Below, in pieces: positions 56,548 through 58,642 of a stretch of 58,642 bases of DNA (position 1 is the first letter of the stretch; every line of letters begins with the position of its first letter). The stretch is from an uncultured virus (IMG/VR IMGVR_UViG_3300008003_000324) (Duplodnaviria > Heunggongvirae > Uroviricota > Caudoviricetes), in IMG/VR virus record IMGVR_UViG_3300008003_000324; one strand, 5' to 3'. A program made the translations under genes and the position numbers. The notes beneath the pieces are model-generated. The model searched no databases and was not told the origin of the DNA. It saw nothing but the letters and a program-made list of their open reading frames with translations.

Positions 56548-57040
56548 ATTGACAATAATTCTTGTTTTTGTAATATCTCTATTAGGATGTAGTATATTAG
56601 AGCCCAGAGTAGAATATCGAGATAAACTGGTTCCCGTGTACACAGTCCCAGAGCCACCAAAAATTGAAAGACCCGAGTTACCAATTCACGGACCCCGATA
56701 TGGGAATCTTTTGTTCTTGAGCAACCCAGACAACATTGGACAAATTGCACAAGATTATGCAGTGTCGTTGAGATTGGCTTTGAACTATTCTACAGCCCAA
56801 GAAGAAATTATTGAAACATATCGAAGATTGTCCCAACAGGATTTCTCCGAAAAACTTTTTCCTATTCGGTCTATCGGGAATGTTCAACTATTTTCTGGTG
56901 CTATGTCTAATGATTCCAAAGAGGCAGAAGTCATTTATAGTCAAGCCCAGTTTGAAACTTACGCGAGATTCTCTTTCGAGGATATTGTGGATAAATATGA
57001 AGAGAGAAAAAAAGAAATATTAAAAGATGAGACTGAATAA
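56537..57040 (+). CDS. putative o-spanin lipoprotein (Rz1-like)
   Basis: Lipobox LLGC then a Pro-rich segment; overlaps the i-spanin. Confidence 0.65.
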   Translation: MAIKLTIILVFVISLLGCSILEPRVEYRDKLVPVYTVPEPPKIERPELPIHGPRYGNLLFLSNPDNIGQIAQDYAVSLRLALNYSTAQEEIIETYRRLSQQDFSEKLFPIRSIGNVQLFSGAMSNDSKEAEVIYSQAQFETYARFSFEDIVDKYEERKKEILKDETE

Positions 57041-57338
57041 CATTTTTGAGGGTAAAGAAAAAAACGAAATAGAGTTTAAAGACGAACACCCTGAGAAGAA
57101 GTTGCCCGACATAATCTATGCCAAAGTAAAAAGAAAGATTCGTGACGGTGCCAAAGATTATGACACTGAATGGAAAAACGCCATAGATTTGGTAGATTGG
57201 TCGTTAAACGAACTAAATATAAAGAAACCTACTGCAACACAGCCACGCTGGTCACAATACAAGGATTTGATAAAAAAATCCGTAGAAGAGTTGTCCAGAG
57301 CTAGGGGTGAGGATGCGGATTGGACTTTAGGAGTTTAA
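57027..57338 (+). CDS. hypothetical protein starting MRLNNIFE
   Basis: ORF, 103 aa. Confidence 0.65.
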   Translation: MRLNNIFEGKEKNEIEFKDEHPEKKLPDIIYAKVKRKIRDGAKDYDTEWKNAIDLVDWSLNELNIKKPTATQPRWSQYKDLIKKSVEELSRARGEDADWTLGV

Positions 57339-57344
57339 AGAATT

Positions 57345-58642
57345 ATGGATAAAATTACCGAACAAATGTTGAGAATGGCGCAGCTTTCCGGGAATCCGGT
57401 TGACGCAAAGACGTTGAAACCTGTTGAGAGTGATTCTAATGGATCGGTCGAGCTTACCGAACAGGAATGGAAAGACATACCCATGAATCAAAAAATTGTC
57501 TTAGAAGGAAAAGAACACGTTGTGGCTTTTCAGAACAAATTTGTTCTTAAGCCTGTTACCATTAAGACCGACGATAAAGGCAATACAAAAACCAACAAGG
57601 TCTCCGATTACGAGAAAGATGGTGGTGATGCTGAGAAGGTCAATAAAAAGATGACCGATAATGACACCGATGGTGGCACTAAAATGGTCAAGGAAGAACG
57701 CAGTGTCGGTCCGGTTAGCGATGAACAGCGTGAAGCCGGTAAAATGGTACACGATCACCTTACACACGGCAAGAAGAAATACGGCCTAGAAAAAGACATG
57801 ACTCCCAAAGAAAAAGAAGATGCCGAATACGAAGAGATGATGAAAAAGAAACGCGAAAAGAAAGAGCCTGACTCTTTCATCAAATCCAACTCTTTGAAAA
57901 ATGCTACAATTGGTGAGACATACGAAAACAAACAGGAATTTGATGACAAAGACGCCGACGAATATTATGGTCTAGATCGCCAACGGGAAGATCGTTTAAC
58001 GATTCCAAAACAATTGACAAGCTCCATCAATTCTAAAATTAAGGAAATAGCAGCTTCAATCGAGCACTACGATGAAAAAGGATACAATGATGGAGACGGT
58101 GACAACTCGAACAAAATCAAGGCCATAAATGCTCTAGAGCAGATCAAATCCAACCTCTCTCTAAGAACTGAAGAAGGAATGAAACAAGCTCAGTTGTTTT
58201 TCCTGACTCTAATGAGTCCTATAACTGACTTGTTTCCTGCTGATGTTGTAAACTTCTTGGCTAAGGGTAGTTTGGAATCTGGTAAAGACAGTAGTACCCT
58301 TGATAAGGTTGAACCCTTTTCGACTTCCTTGAAGGAAACTTTTTCTGGTAAAAATTACATGTTTACAAACAAGAGTCGGTTTGACAAATTTTTTATGCAG
58401 GAAGTTTTACCAAGTTCTGGCATTCAGGACGACGTACCAGCTTACAACCAGATGTACATAGATTATGTGGATTCTTTAGTTCGAGACGGGCAGCTACCAG
58501 CCAACGCTATTGATTGGATTCCACCAGAAATAAAAAAATTTCCTCTTAGAGAGTCTAAGGAACAGCGCAAAATGTGGGACATTCTTGAAGAGCGTAAGAA
58601 AGCAAAAAAAGACCCATGTTGGAAAGGTTATACTCAACTCGG
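57345..58642 (+). CDS. charged hypothetical (probable head) protein, runs off the 3' end
   Basis: AGGAG RBS, ATG 57345, frame open to the window end (MDKITEQ...DPCWKGYTQL); missing from the ORF track because it has no stop. Confidence 0.75.
   Translation, partial: MDKITEQMLRMAQLSGNPVDAKTLKPVESDSNGSVELTEQEWKDIPMNQKIVLEGKEHVVAFQNKFVLKPVTIKTDDKGNTKTNKVSDYEKDGGDAEKVNKKMTDNDTDGGTKMVKEERSVGPVSDEQREAGKMVHDHLTHGKKKYGLEKDMTPKEKEDAEYEEMMKKKREKKEPDSFIKSNSLKNATIGETYENKQEFDDKDADEYYGLDRQREDRLTIPKQLTSSINSKIKEIAASIEHYDEKGYNDGDGDNSNKIKAINALEQIKSNLSLRTEEGMKQAQLFFLTLMSPITDLFPADVVNFLAKGSLESGKDSSTLDKVEPFSTSLKETFSGKNYMFTNKSRFDKFFMQEVLPSSGIQDDVPAYNQMYIDYVDSLVRDGQLPANAIDWIPPEIKKFPLRESKEQRKMWDILEERKKAKKDPCWKGYTQL

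Noticed and set aside
1..58642. Stop-codon reassignment, as in some large phages
   Set aside because: Long conserved genes are intact in the standard code, and TAA, TGA and TAG all end genes at sensible boundaries.

Overview
A 58.6 kb, gene-dense, AT-rich piece of a large T4-related (jumbo-type) myovirus genome read in the standard genetic code. The host is probably Gram-negative, judging from a spanin-like pair, sigma70-type promoters and an IHF-consensus site. The window holds the late sigma factor (gp55), gp46/gp47, head genes (portal, protease, scaffold, major capsid), enlarged neck proteins, the gp41 helicase, both terminase subunits, gp32/UvsX/UvsY/UvsW, the clamp loader, GroES, three paralogous fibre/baseplate proteins and lysis genes. 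Main points: (1) The large terminase is a fractured gene. It carries a cis LAGLIDADG intein and an atypically split intein; the short N-half of the split intein is fused in frame to an HNH endonuclease, and the C-half starts a separate ORF in another frame. (2) A miniature DnaE/Pol III-alpha catalytic core is split into two intein-free 191-aa genes 9 kb apart. (3) Two decayed terminase-ATPase copies lie just upstream of terL, each interrupted by a poly-G tract. (4) A DinG-like helicase has an intein in its Walker A motif. All calls come from recognising motifs by eye; no database searches were run.
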